Shown here piece after piece: positions 36,580 through 46,705 of a stretch of 64,000 bases of DNA; the first letter of the stretch is position 1; each line of letters begins with the position of its first letter. Source of the DNA: a bacterium (GTDB taxonomy: Bacteria; UBA8248); the NCBI GenBank assembly GCA_965200245.1, contig CBDATS010000008.1, forward strand, positions 320,001-384,000, in the 5' to 3' direction. Made by a program: the position numbers and the translations under genes. Below the pieces are notes generated by a model. The model saw nothing but the letters and a program-made list of their open reading frames with translations, searched no databases and was not told the origin of the DNA.

Positions 36580-37323
36580 ATGGAGCTAAAGGGTAAGGTT
36601 TTCGTCATCACGGGTGCGGCCCGGGGAATCGGCGCGGAAGCCGCAAGACGGTTCTCGGGAATGGGTGCTGACGTTGTGGCCCTGGACGTGAACGAAAAGG
36701 GCCTGCGAAGCCTGGAAGCGGAATCGGGGGGCGTCATCCTCGGCGTGCGTGCGGACATCTCGAACCCGAAGGACGTCGAGGGTGCTTTTGACGCGGCGGT
36801 GACGAGATTCGGTGGCGTGGACATCTTGATCAACTGCGCCGTCATCCGGGGAAACGGCCCCCTGGCGAAGGTCGAGGAAGCCACGGTCGACCTTGCGCTC
36901 GGCGTTGGTCTCAAGGGCAGCATCCTGTGCGTGAAGCGCGCGGCGGAAGAGATGAAAAAACGAGGCGGCGGTGCCATCGTCAACATGTCGAGTTTCTACG
37001 CGCGCACGCCTGCGAAAGAACGCGTGGTCTATGTCGCCGTAAAGGGAGGTGTCGAGGGTCTCACTCGCTCGCTGGCCGTTGAACTGGCCGATTGGAACAT
37101 CCGCGTGAACGCTATTGCGGCGGGTCCGGTGCTGACGAGGCTCAGGGAGTCGCAGGGAGAGGGCGACCCCGATAACCTGGCGGAGCGCTATCGCAAATCC
37201 CCCATGGGCAGATTCGGCCGGGTCGATGAGGTGCTCGACGCGATGGAATTCCTGATGACGCCACGTTCTTCCTATATGACAGGCCAGATTCTGGTACTGG
37301 ATGGTGGTTTGACCATCGTGTGA
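36580..37323 (+). CDS. Short-chain dehydrogenase/reductase
   Basis: TGAARGIG, YVAVK, IRVNAIAAG, DGG. Confidence 0.88.
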   Translation: MELKGKVFVITGAARGIGAEAARRFSGMGADVVALDVNEKGLRSLEAESGGVILGVRADISNPKDVEGAFDAAVTRFGGVDILINCAVIRGNGPLAKVEEATVDLALGVGLKGSILCVKRAAEEMKKRGGGAIVNMSSFYARTPAKERVVYVAVKGGVEGLTRSLAVELADWNIRVNAIAAGPVLTRLRESQGEGDPDNLAERYRKSPMGRFGRVDEVLDAMEFLMTPRSSYMTGQILVLDGGLTIV

Positions 37324-37339
37324 TGTTTTTGGATGAAAG

Positions 37340-37436
37340 TGGCGGGAACGCGTGGGAGTCGAACCCACCGACGAAGTGATTAGCCCCGTCCACTGGATTT
37401 GAAGTCCAGGCGGCACACCAGCACCGATGCGCTCCC
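37340..37436 (-). tRNA. selC: tRNA-Sec (anticodon UCA)
   Basis: Reverse complement GGGAGCGC...CTGGA-CTTCAAA-TCCAG...GTGGGTTCGACTCCCAC-GCGTTCCC-GCCA; 8-bp acceptor stem, long variable arm, encoded CCA, 97 nt. Confidence 0.95.
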
Positions 37437-37589
37437 ATTGAGAGAATACAATGCCTGGGGATGGTTCCGAAAGCGCCGTCCGGGTATTGGTACGTCTCGA
37501 AGTGCGAGAATGGGGGTGGGGCGCTTGTTCTCTGAACAGGAAAGCCCTAAAAGGGATCAAAAATCATCTTCGACAAGGGAGATACGAAA

Positions 37590-38486
37590 ATGTCGCAACG
37601 TGTGGGTATCGTAGGCATGGGACTGATGGGCCAGGCCTTCATCAAGAACATGCGCGAGACGGGCTATGAGGTGCAGGGTTTCGACGTGGACCCTGCTCGT
37701 ATGGACGATTTGCGCGAAAAGGGAGGTGAACCCGTCGAGACGCCCGCAGCAGCGGCCAGGGACGTGAACTTCCTGATTACTTCCCTGCCCACAAGCGATG
37801 TCGCGCGCGAGGCGACTCTGGGCGAGGGCGGCATCGCCGAGGGAGCGAAAGAGGGTCTTTACCTTCTCGATACGACGACCTCGCGACCCGAGGATTCCGT
37901 TCGACTGGCCAGTGATTTGGCAGAACGAGGAATCCGCTTTCTCGATTCTGCCGTGAGCGGGACGAGCACAATGGCGATATTGAAGGATCTGGTGGTCATC
38001 GCCGGGGGAGAGGCGGAGGATTTTGATGCCTGCCGCGCCGTTTTCGCGGGTTTCAGCCGGGCGGCCTACTACATGGGGCCGGTGGGTTCGGGCGCGCGGA
38101 CAAAGCTCGTCATCAATATGATCCTGGCGGGCAACCGCCTTGCCTTGGCCGAGGGGCTCATGCTCGGAACGAAGGTAGGTCTCGAGATGGATACCCTTTT
38201 GGAAGTGCTGAAAGACGGGGCGTGTTTCTCCAAGACGATGATCGACAAGGGCCCCAAGATGATTCACGCGGAATACTCGAAACAGGGTCAGGTGAAGACT
38301 TCCCTCAAGGATTCGCGCCTCATGCTGGAACAGGGCCGCCTTCACGGATCACCCATGTTGCTCACGAACCTGTGGTCCCAGGTGGTTCAGATGGCCTATG
38401 AGCGGGGCTACGGCGAGGAGGACACCGTGGCTTTCTTCGAGGTGCTGCGTGAGATGGGGGGCCTGCCTTCCAGGGTTGCTGACTGA
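37590..38486 (+). CDS. 3-hydroxyisobutyrate dehydrogenase family NAD(P)-dependent oxidoreductase
   Basis: GIVGMGLMG, DTTTS, DSAVSG, GARTKLVIN, KD. Confidence 0.87.
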   Translation: MSQRVGIVGMGLMGQAFIKNMRETGYEVQGFDVDPARMDDLREKGGEPVETPAAAARDVNFLITSLPTSDVAREATLGEGGIAEGAKEGLYLLDTTTSRPEDSVRLASDLAERGIRFLDSAVSGTSTMAILKDLVVIAGGEAEDFDACRAVFAGFSRAAYYMGPVGSGARTKLVINMILAGNRLALAEGLMLGTKVGLEMDTLLEVLKDGACFSKTMIDKGPKMIHAEYSKQGQVKTSLKDSRLMLEQGRLHGSPMLLTNLWSQVVQMAYERGYGEEDTVAFFEVLREMGGLPSRVAD

Positions 38487-38605
38487 GGCATTGCGGTGCT
38501 CCGTCCGTTTTTCGGGATATCGATATTTTCTTGCCTCAAGAGCGCACATCGTTCTGCGCGCACATTTTTTCGCCCGCACGTCCCCTCCCGCAAGAGAGCG
38601 GGGCA

Positions 38606-39574
38606 CTACTTGCGGATGGTGCCGAAGCTGAAGCCCGTGATGAGGTGCTTCTGGATCAGGATGCCCAGGATGACCACGGGAACGGTGATGACGGTGCCAA
38701 TCGCCGCCTGTGGCCCGTAGAGCCTGCCCTCCACTGCGCTCTGGAACTTGTTGAGCAGTATGGGCAGCGTGATGACGTTCGGCTGGGTGAGTGTCAGCGC
38801 GAGCAGGAACTCGCTCCAGTTCAGGATAAAGATGAACAGGAAGGTCACTACCATGCCCGGAGCGACCAGGGGCAAGACCACGCGGCGCAGGGTATAGATG
38901 CGGCCGGCGCCCATGATTCGCGCGGCATGCTCGATGGTCGTGGGCACCTCTTCGATGAAGTTCAGCATCATCCAGATGACGAAGGGCAGTGTAGTCGCAG
39001 TATAGAGGAGACCGAGGCCGATGTAGGTGTCGATCAGGCTGATCCGGTATCCGAGCAGCGCGGTGGTCGCGAACGGTATCAGGATGGCGTAGTACATCAC
39101 GACGGGAATCGCGATGATGATGGGCGGCACCATACGAATGGTCAGAATCATGTAGCGGAAATACTTTCCGCCCACGTTGAAGCGCGATATCGAATAGGCT
39201 AGGAACGTGCCCAGCAGAAGGGCGACCAATGCACTGACGGAGGAGATGAGCATCGAGTCTCGTACCGCTCCCCAGATCGTGAAGGCCTGTTCGGTGTATT
39301 CCCGGCTGAGTCCTTCACCGTGCCCGACCACACTGAAAATCTGCATGTAGTTGTGCAGGGTGGGTTTGTATCCCCCGCCGAGGAAGGTCGGGAACCAGTT
39401 CGGCGGCCAGGCTACCCAGTCGCCCGTATCCTTGAAGGAAGTCGAAACCATCCAGAAAATGGGAAACATGATCATGAGCGCCCAGCCCAGCAACGCGGCA
39501 TGGCGGAACCAGAAGAAGAGTTTGTAACGCTTGGCGAAGGACATCTCCGCGCGCTTGCCTGCGTCGTTCGTCAT
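38606..39574 (-). CDS. Carbohydrate ABC permease (MalG-like)
   Basis: STSFK, EHAARIMGA (EAA loop), WSEFL. Confidence 0.88.
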   Translation of the reverse strand: MTNDAGKRAEMSFAKRYKLFFWFRHAALLGWALMIMFPIFWMVSTSFKDTGDWVAWPPNWFPTFLGGGYKPTLHNYMQIFSVVGHGEGLSREYTEQAFTIWGAVRDSMLISSVSALVALLLGTFLAYSISRFNVGGKYFRYMILTIRMVPPIIIAIPVVMYYAILIPFATTALLGYRISLIDTYIGLGLLYTATTLPFVIWMMLNFIEEVPTTIEHAARIMGAGRIYTLRRVVLPLVAPGMVVTFLFIFILNWSEFLLALTLTQPNVITLPILLNKFQSAVEGRLYGPQAAIGTVITVPVVILGILIQKHLITGFSFGTIRK

Positions 39575-40524
39575 CTCATTCGCTCCTCTTCAGCGATGGA
39601 CCGCTCCCGCACGAGCAGATAGATGCCATAGAAGATGAGTGCCCCGAAAATGAAGAGCAGGATGATGGAAGCGGCCGCTCCGAAACTGTACTTGTTGAAC
39701 TGCCACACCTGCCGCCACAGGAAGAAAGCGATGGTCTCGGTCGATGTGCCAGGCCCGCCGAAGGTGAGCAGCACAGACAGATCGAACAGCTTTAGTGCCT
39801 CCATCGATCGAATGATGACGGCGATCATGATCGCGGGCTTGAGCAGGGGTAGATGCACCTTCCAGAATATCTGCCACCTGCTCGCTCCCAGAACGCGGGC
39901 CGCGTTGGTGAGTTGCTGTGGTAGCGCGGTGAAGCCCGAGAGGAAAATCAGAAAGGTAAGCGACGTCCACTGCCATACGTCGGCGAGGATGATCGCCCAC
40001 TGTGCGGCGATGGGGTGTGAGAGCCAGCGGATACGGGGGTCCATCCCCAAGGCTTCCGTGAGGGGAGCGAGAATCTGGTTGAGAGGGCCCGAGTCGATGT
40101 AGATCATCGAGAAGTTGTAGCCCCCCACCACGGGCACCACCATCATGGGAATCAGGAAAATCGTGATGTATATCCGCCTGCCCCTGAACTGTTTATAGGC
40201 CAGCATGGCGAGAAGAAAACCAAAGATCAGTTCGAGTATGACCGCTGTTCCCGCGAAGTAGAATGTCCTTCCGAGCGCCCACCAGAAGTCTTCAGTGGTG
40301 AGGACGCGGACGTAGTTCGAAAAGCCGTGAAAATAGGCTTGCTCGAAGGGCCGGTTGGCACGCCATTTGAGGAAGCTGATATAGATGGTGAGAATGAAGG
40401 GAATGGCGAGAAGCAGGAGGAAGGTCGCCTCCACCAGAATGAACGGAATCAGGCGGAATACCTTCTCCTGCGACAGCCAGGCAGAAAAGCTCTTGCGTTC
40501 TCTTATCGTCGATGCTTGAGCCAT
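39571..40524 (-). CDS. Carbohydrate ABC permease (MalF-like)
   Basis: NY, DVWQWT, AARVLGAS, GGPG. Confidence 0.88.
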   Translation of the reverse strand: MAQASTIRERKSFSAWLSQEKVFRLIPFILVEATFLLLLAIPFILTIYISFLKWRANRPFEQAYFHGFSNYVRVLTTEDFWWALGRTFYFAGTAVILELIFGFLLAMLAYKQFRGRRIYITIFLIPMMVVPVVGGYNFSMIYIDSGPLNQILAPLTEALGMDPRIRWLSHPIAAQWAIILADVWQWTSLTFLIFLSGFTALPQQLTNAARVLGASRWQIFWKVHLPLLKPAIMIAVIIRSMEALKLFDLSVLLTFGGPGTSTETIAFFLWRQVWQFNKYSFGAAASIILLFIFGALIFYGIYLLVRERSIAEEERMR

Positions 40525-40567
40525 CGTATCTTCGTATCAATCTCTTATGAAAACGTATCGCGCGATA

Positions 40568-40599
40568 CGCCCGCCCCGACGTCGAAACCGGGGCGGGCG
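40568..40599 (-). terminator. Stem-loop after binding-protein gene
   Basis: CGCCCGCCCCG (40568-40578) pairs with CGGGGCGGGCG (40589-40599). Confidence 0.55.
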
Positions 40600-40617
40600 C
40601 TCCCAATGACGCGGTAT

Positions 40618-42093
40618 CTAGTTGGTCGGCGCGAACTTGTCGATGTAAGCGCCGCTGGCGACGCTCTCTCTCCAGGCCTTGATCTGTTCTTTCCGGCCGA
40701 TGTCGTCTGTGATTCGGTTCCAGCCTTTTTCGACGTTCTTCGCCGCCTGCCCGGCGGAGATGTTGCCCTGCATGACCTGCGCCATATTCTTGTCGAGCAC
40801 ATTGAAGTACTCATAGTTCCCTTCGATCATGAGCAGGGAGATGGCGTTTTTCGCGTTCTTCATGGTCATCTTGACGAAGGGCTCGGTGTGCTTGGCGAGC
40901 ACGGCCTTGTTCGTCAGGTTCGAAGTGCGCATCGGGTCCCAGAAGCCCGCCGGGTCGGCGATGGCCTCATCACCCTTGGTCGGGCCCGTGAACCACTGGA
41001 TGAAGTAGTAGGCGAGTTCGGGGTGTTTGCTGTGCGCGTTCACCATGTAGCCGGTGCCGGCCGCCTGCGGAGCACGTCGGACCATCTTGCCGCTCGCGCC
41101 TTTCACTGCGGGAACCGGGCAGGCTAACTGATGGCCGCTGATCTTGCTCTTCGGGTTGCGGTTGGCGTAGCCCATCGCCGAGGGGAAGGACATGAACGAG
41201 AAGGCCTGTCCGCTCGCCCAGTGGGGATAGAGTTGCGGTGTTCCCCAACCCTGTACGTCAGGCGGCATGTACTTGACGATCGAGGTGAACTCCTTGATCG
41301 CCCGGATGCCGTTCGGCGTGTTGATGGTGGGTTTCATGTTCTTGTCGAAGAGCAGTCCGCCCATATAGGCCGGGAAGTGCCTGTAGGAGAAGTTGATGCT
41401 TCGGTAGGCCTGTGCACCGTAGAGCGGCTGGTCGAACTTCTTGCCCCAGCGGGTCTGGCCCTTTTTCGTGTGGAAGAACTTGGCCATCTGTTCCCACTCT
41501 GCCATGGTGTCGGGACAACCGGGCTCCTTGCCGAACTTGGTCTTGTACTCTTTGGCAGCGAGCTTCATGATGTCCGAACGCAGGAAAAGCGCGATGTGGT
41601 CGCCGTCGAGGATAAACCAGTAGGTTTTCCCCTTGTACGACTGCTGCGCCAGAAGGCCCGAGTCGATGCCCGTGAAGTCGGGTTTCCCCTTGGCCATATA
41701 CGCATCGAGCGGCTGGAGAGTACCCGCGCCGACAGCGTCGGGAATGACGTAGGGGAAGTGGTTGATGACGTCGTACTGCCCCGTTTTCGCCACGGCTTCG
41801 GCCATGATTTTGGCGGGGATGTCGGTGTAGCCGTACTGGATGGTCTTGATTTTGACGCCGGTGAGTTTCTCCCACTCCCTCAGGTACTTCGGCTGGGAGT
41901 TCTTGAAGAGCGAAATCAGAAGCATCGTCTGGGTCGGATTCTTCAGATTGTGCTTCTTGATGTACGCTTTCGCTCCGTTGATAGCGCGTTCCTCAACCGT
42001 CTTGCCGGGATGGACCATTGCGGCGATGGCCGTTGAGGTAACGAAAACCGTACAGCCCATCAGAATCAGTGTTGCGAGAATGATTCTCTTCAT
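40618..42093 (-). CDS. Carbohydrate-type (family 1) ABC substrate-binding protein
   Basis: Signal peptide, WEKLTGVKI, YDV, LAYYFIQW; operon context. Confidence 0.85.
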   Translation of the reverse strand: MKRIILATLILMGCTVFVTSTAIAAMVHPGKTVEERAINGAKAYIKKHNLKNPTQTMLLISLFKNSQPKYLREWEKLTGVKIKTIQYGYTDIPAKIMAEAVAKTGQYDVINHFPYVIPDAVGAGTLQPLDAYMAKGKPDFTGIDSGLLAQQSYKGKTYWFILDGDHIALFLRSDIMKLAAKEYKTKFGKEPGCPDTMAEWEQMAKFFHTKKGQTRWGKKFDQPLYGAQAYRSINFSYRHFPAYMGGLLFDKNMKPTINTPNGIRAIKEFTSIVKYMPPDVQGWGTPQLYPHWASGQAFSFMSFPSAMGYANRNPKSKISGHQLACPVPAVKGASGKMVRRAPQAAGTGYMVNAHSKHPELAYYFIQWFTGPTKGDEAIADPAGFWDPMRTSNLTNKAVLAKHTEPFVKMTMKNAKNAISLLMIEGNYEYFNVLDKNMAQVMQGNISAGQAAKNVEKGWNRITDDIGRKEQIKAWRESVASGAYIDKFAPTN

Positions 42094-42246
42094 CTCGATT
42101 CTTCCTCCCTCCGTTTTAGAATAAGGTAACGACTTGCTTGTGAATCGCCGAGATCAAACACAAAATCCCTGATACCAAGTTGTGCCTGTTTCCTTTTACG
42201 TTGCAACTGTCTTGCGATACGGCCTTACAGACGTTTTGCCCTATTT

Positions 42247-43320
42247 CTATTCCAGCCTCACGCCGCTTTCGGCATCGAAAAAGTGCATGCCGCCCGGTCG
42301 AAAGCTGAAGTGGATATTATCGCCGGTGCTGAACTCGCGATCAGCGTCCACTTTCGCCACGAGGTATTCCTCATCGCCGCAGGAGAAAAAGATAAGGGTT
42401 TCGTCTCCCATCGGCTCGATGAGTTTGACTTCACCCGCCGCGCCTTCATCCCCGATGCTCACGTTCTCGGAGCGCACCCCGAGGTTGATCTCTTTCCCAA
42501 GGGAGGTGCTAGGTACGGCATCCTGCGGGAAGTTCATCTCGAAATATTCGCAGACAAACCTTGCAGAGTCTCCGTTCTCGACACGACCGGGAATGACGTT
42601 CATCGTCGGTTGGCCGAAGAACGTACCCACGAACTGGTTATTCGGTTTTCTGTATATGCCGAGGGGGGTATCGATTTGCTGCACGTATCCGCTTTCCATG
42701 ACCATGATGCGATCCGCCATCGTCATGGCCTCTGCCTGATCGTGGGTGACGTAGACGAAGGTGGATTTGAGCTCCTCGTGCAGGCGCTTGAGTTCGGTGC
42801 GCATCTCGATGCGCAGCTTGGCGTCCAGACTGGAGAGCGGTTCGTCCATGAGCAGGACCTGAGGTGCGGTGATGATCGTTCGCGCGAGAGCCACCCGCTG
42901 CGCCTCCCCGCCTGAGCACTGGGCGGGTTTCTTGGCGAGCAAGTGGGATATCTTCATCGTCTGGGCGACTCTCGATACCCGTTCTTTGACTTCCGCATCC
43001 GCAACCTTGTCCACACGCAGGCCGAAAGCGATGTTCTCGAAGACGGTCATGTGGGGGAACAGCGCGAGATCCTGGAACACCATGCCCAGGCCGCGATCAC
43101 CCGGTTCGAGATGGTTCACGACGCGATCGCCGATCATCATCGTGCCGCTCGTGGGTTCCTCGAAACCGGAAATCATGTTGAGTGTGGTGGTTTTTCCACA
43201 GCCCGAGGGCCCCACAACCACCATGAATTCGCCGTCGCTCACTTCAAGGTTGACGCCCGCAACAGCGGTTACGGTTTCACCGAATTTTTTCACCAGGTTC
43301 TGGAGCGTAATGGAGGCCAC
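42247..43320 (-). CDS. Sugar ABC ATPase (MalK/UgpC-like)
   Basis: GPSGCGKTT, VFQ..ALFPHM, SGGEAQR, DEPLSSLD, YVTHDQAEA, TOBE-like tail. Confidence 0.92.
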   Translation of the reverse strand: MASITLQNLVKKFGETVTAVAGVNLEVSDGEFMVVVGPSGCGKTTTLNMISGFEEPTSGTMMIGDRVVNHLEPGDRGLGMVFQDLALFPHMTVFENIAFGLRVDKVADAEVKERVSRVAQTMKISHLLAKKPAQCSGGEAQRVALARTIITAPQVLLMDEPLSSLDAKLRIEMRTELKRLHEELKSTFVYVTHDQAEAMTMADRIMVMESGYVQQIDTPLGIYRKPNNQFVGTFFGQPTMNVIPGRVENGDSARFVCEYFEMNFPQDAVPSTSLGKEINLGVRSENVSIGDEGAAGEVKLIEPMGDETLIFFSCGDEEYLVAKVDADREFSTGDNIHFSFRPGGMHFFDAESGVRLE

Positions 43321-43576
43321 TACAATTAACCCCTTCCAATCGAATGGACAACCAGCATCGTCCCTGACGCAATGGACTCATACGGCACAAGTTTTACTCT
43401 ATACTCAATGATTATGCGCGGATGATATTTTTTTTTCAACCCTCGCGTTCTGGACCCCGGTGTCGGGGGGGCGATGATTCCTGTTTTTTCGTATGCTACG
43501 TTTTATGGAAGGATTGATTCCTGACGAAGGCGTGGTTCAGGCGGAACGGATGCCTGGAATGACGGTGGAGGCGGCA

Positions 43577-44269
43577 TTGGCGGAAAATATTCTCATCATC
43601 GAAGACGAGACCGACATTCGAGAACTCCTCACCTACAATCTCGAACTTGAGGGGTTCGAGGTTTTGGGCGCGGCCAATGGAGAGGAGGCCATTCAGGCGC
43701 TCAAGGGCGAGCTGATCCGACTGGTTGTTCTCGATCTGATGCTTCCCGATGTGAACGGCCTCGAGATTTGCCGCTACATTCGGCGCGATTCCGCTCTGAA
43801 CCGTTTGCCCATCATCATGCTGACCGCCAGAGGCGAAGAAGTGGATCGTATCGTCGGCTTCGAACTGGGCGCGGACGATTACGTGACGAAACCCTTTAAC
43901 ATCCGGGAAATGATCCTGCGTGTGAAGGCGGTGCTTGCGCGGTCGAACATATCGCCGATTACGGGCAGAGTGCTCAAGCGCGGGCCGCTTGCCATCAACC
44001 CCGAACAATACGAAGCAACGGTGGATGGACGCCCACTCTCCTTGACGGCGACGGAATTCCGCCTTCTGCACCATCTGGCGGCTCACCCAGGACACGCCCG
44101 GAATCGCGATGAGTTGCTCGATATTATCTGGGGGGAAGATAAGTTCGTCACCCCGCGCACCGTGGACACGTATATTCGCCGTCTTCGGGAAAAACTCGGC
44201 AATGTAGGGGACATGATCCAGACGCTTCGGGGCGTGGGGTATCGTTTCAAGAAGATGCCTGAAGAATAG
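43577..44269 (+). CDS. phoB: Phosphate regulon response regulator (OmpR/PhoB family)
   Basis: LDLMLP, IIMLTARGEEVDR, GADDYVTKPF, RTVDTYIRRLR; adjacent to phoR/pst; TTG start after GGAGG. Confidence 0.88.
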   Translation: MAENILIIEDETDIRELLTYNLELEGFEVLGAANGEEAIQALKGELIRLVVLDLMLPDVNGLEICRYIRRDSALNRLPIIMLTARGEEVDRIVGFELGADDYVTKPFNIREMILRVKAVLARSNISPITGRVLKRGPLAINPEQYEATVDGRPLSLTATEFRLLHHLAAHPGHARNRDELLDIIWGEDKFVTPRTVDTYIRRLREKLGNVGDMIQTLRGVGYRFKKMPEE

Positions 44270-44299
44270 CTGTTCCCGCTACCCGAAGGAGACCCGCTT

Positions 44300-46075
44300 A
44301 TGCGCAGGTCCTTCTGTAAAAAGCTGACGGCAAGTTATCTGGTGGTAATCACCGTGGTGTTCACGGCGGGGATGATATACTTCCATTTTGGTCTTTCCGC
44401 TCAGTTGATGGAGCAGGCGGAGGAGAATCTTGCCCGAAACGCGCGCCTGGCGCGCCGCCAACTGATTTCTTCGTCTTCGGAAAAACCGCCAATTCATCGA
44501 ATGGATGAACTCGCCGATGAGATTGGTCGCGCGCTCGGTGTACGGGTGACAATAATATCCGCTTCTGGTCGACTGCTTGCGGACTCAACCATCGCTCACG
44601 ACGCATCTGAGGATGCAGGGAGCCGGGCGGGTCAGCCCGAAGTCATCCTGGCGAGAGAAAAGGGAATTGGATCGAGCGTTCGGCAGAGCCCGAGAGGTGA
44701 TGGCGATTGGCTGTATCTGGCCCTGCCTATAGGCGCCGGCCCGATTTCCGGCGGCGTGATTCGACTGGCCATGAGCTTGAGGGAAATCGAGCAGACGATC
44801 GCCAGGATGCGAGGGCTTCTCCTTGTGACCTGCGCCTTGTCGTTTCTGCTCGCTATCGCGGTCAGCTTCGGAGTAGGTGTGATAGTACGCCGGGGTTTCG
44901 AAGAGATATACGACGCCGTGGAGAAGGTTTCCCGAGGGGATTTCAGTCACCGTATTTCATCCAGGCGCCAGGACGAGTTGGGCGAACTTGCCCGGACAAT
45001 GGATCGACTCGCCTCGGAAGTGGAGGCCCATCTCGATGAGTTGCGCAATGAACGCGACAGGCTCGAGGCGATTCTCGAGGGAATGACCGAGGGCGTCATG
45101 GTCACGAATGCCAAGGGGGATATTCTTCTCGTGAATTCCGCGTTCCGGGAGTTTTTTCCCTCGCTTCCTGATTTCGAGGATAACGCGCCGATTCCGTTGG
45201 AAGCCGTGCGCTCCACCGAGGTGCAAGATGCGGTGCGGGACATCCTGTCGAGCCCCGCTGTACGGTTGGAGCGCGAGGTGGAAGTCCTCCCCGCACGCAC
45301 GCTGACCCTGCAAGCCAGGCGCGCGAGGGGAGAGGGGGAATCGAACCTTGTTGTGGTGTTTCACGATGTCTCCGAGGTCAAGCGCCTCGCGAATATACGT
45401 CGGGAGTTCACCGCGAACGTTTCCCATGAGTTGCGCACGCCCTTGACGGCCATCCAGGGGGCTTCCCAGACGCTTGAGGTGACCGCGGACTCCGACCCCG
45501 AGGCGACACGCCGGTTCGCTTCGACCATCCACCGGCACGCGCAGCGCCTGTCGGCTCTGGTCGAGGACCTGCTTGAACTCGGGAGGATAGAGTCCAAGAA
45601 AGAACACGTCCGCTCCAGGGCGATATCCATACGGAACGCGATGGACTCGGTCGCGCACACACTTGCCCCCGTCGTCGAGAAAAGAGGCGTTCGCCTGGAC
45701 ATGCGGGTTCCCGAAGAGGCCGACCACGTCTGGGCGGATCCGACGGCCCTGGAGAGAGTTCTCATCAATCTGGCCGAAAACGGGGTGAACTACAGTTCCG
45801 AGGGAAACGAGATCACCGTTTCGGGACTTTTGCGCGAAGACGGTTTCGTCGAGGTTTCCGTGGCCGACCGGGGGGAAGGAATACCCCCCGAGCATCATTC
45901 CAGGATATTCGAGCGTTTCTACCGGGTGGATTCAGCCCGTTCCCGGGAGAACGGAGGTACGGGTTTGGGCCTTTCCATCGTAAAACACCTCGTACAGGAA
46001 ATGGGCGGAGACGTCTGGGTCGAGAGCGCGCCCGGGCAGGGTTCCACCTTCCGTTTTACCGTTCCCACGCCCTGA
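44300..46075 (+). CDS. phoR: Phosphate regulon sensor kinase (HAMP, PAS, HisKA, HATPase)
   Basis: RREFTANVSHELRTPLT, RIFERFYRVD..RSR..GGTGLGL. Confidence 0.9.
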   Translation: MRRSFCKKLTASYLVVITVVFTAGMIYFHFGLSAQLMEQAEENLARNARLARRQLISSSSEKPPIHRMDELADEIGRALGVRVTIISASGRLLADSTIAHDASEDAGSRAGQPEVILAREKGIGSSVRQSPRGDGDWLYLALPIGAGPISGGVIRLAMSLREIEQTIARMRGLLLVTCALSFLLAIAVSFGVGVIVRRGFEEIYDAVEKVSRGDFSHRISSRRQDELGELARTMDRLASEVEAHLDELRNERDRLEAILEGMTEGVMVTNAKGDILLVNSAFREFFPSLPDFEDNAPIPLEAVRSTEVQDAVRDILSSPAVRLEREVEVLPARTLTLQARRARGEGESNLVVVFHDVSEVKRLANIRREFTANVSHELRTPLTAIQGASQTLEVTADSDPEATRRFASTIHRHAQRLSALVEDLLELGRIESKKEHVRSRAISIRNAMDSVAHTLAPVVEKRGVRLDMRVPEEADHVWADPTALERVLINLAENGVNYSSEGNEITVSGLLREDGFVEVSVADRGEGIPPEHHSRIFERFYRVDSARSRENGGTGLGLSIVKHLVQEMGGDVWVESAPGQGSTFRFTVPTP

Positions 46076-46393
46076 TCGGGGCGGCATCCCCCGTTTTTGC
46101 TTTCTCGGTCCAAATCCGCTGCATCAGAAGCCATTCACAACTTGAGCTTTTTCAACAGGTTATGGAAAGACGAAATTTTGACGCCGTTCTTTTTCAGCTT
46201 TGACGCGTCGTAAAGCTTCTTTCGTTCGCATCTCCTCTTCTCTTCTTCGGGAAGAGGATTCAACACCTCGTGTGTTCCTGTGGGGTCGGGGTGGCATCAT
46301 GAGTGATGTCCTGCTTTCTCGGCAGAATAATCATCAATTCTGTTTTTGGGTTTGTCCAGCGAACAATCACCTTGACACCTGGAATTGTCCGAA

Positions 46394-46422
46394 AAGTCAT
46401 GTGATTTTCATCCTTTCGTAAC
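46394..46422 (+). promoter_or_regulatory. Pho box array 1 (three half-sites at 11-bp period)
   Basis: GTCAT 46396, TTCAT 46407, GTAAC 46418, followed by a TATATT -10-like hexamer at about 46444. Confidence 0.7.
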
Positions 46423-46624
46423 ATTCCTGACTCCTTTTTTCTCTATATTCCACCTCGTTCGGGGATCGGTCGTGGGACGAAGGCTTGCACTCACGGTTGC
46501 CGATGCACAGTTTCCTGAAAAGGCGACGGGATGCTCCGGGCGCGGATGTATCTAGCCCACAGGGAACGCGGAGAAGGAAGGTAAAGACTCCCCTTCCTGC
46601 AGGTGGAGAGAACGTGACGCGGTA

Positions 46625-46653
46625 TGTTCACTGTTCTTTCATCAGAATGTAAC
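46625..46653 (+). promoter_or_regulatory. Pho box array 2 upstream of pstS
   Basis: TTCAC 46627, TTCAT 46638, GTAAC 46649 (11-bp period). Confidence 0.7.
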
Positions 46654-46705
46654 AAGGTTTTTTGTTTTCTCCTGTAGTTTCAATCCCAACAAGGAGGGAG
46701 TCAGA

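Noticed and set aside
37340-37370. Genomic island att site at tRNA-Sec
   Set aside because: No integrase and no duplicated tRNA 3' end noticed in the window
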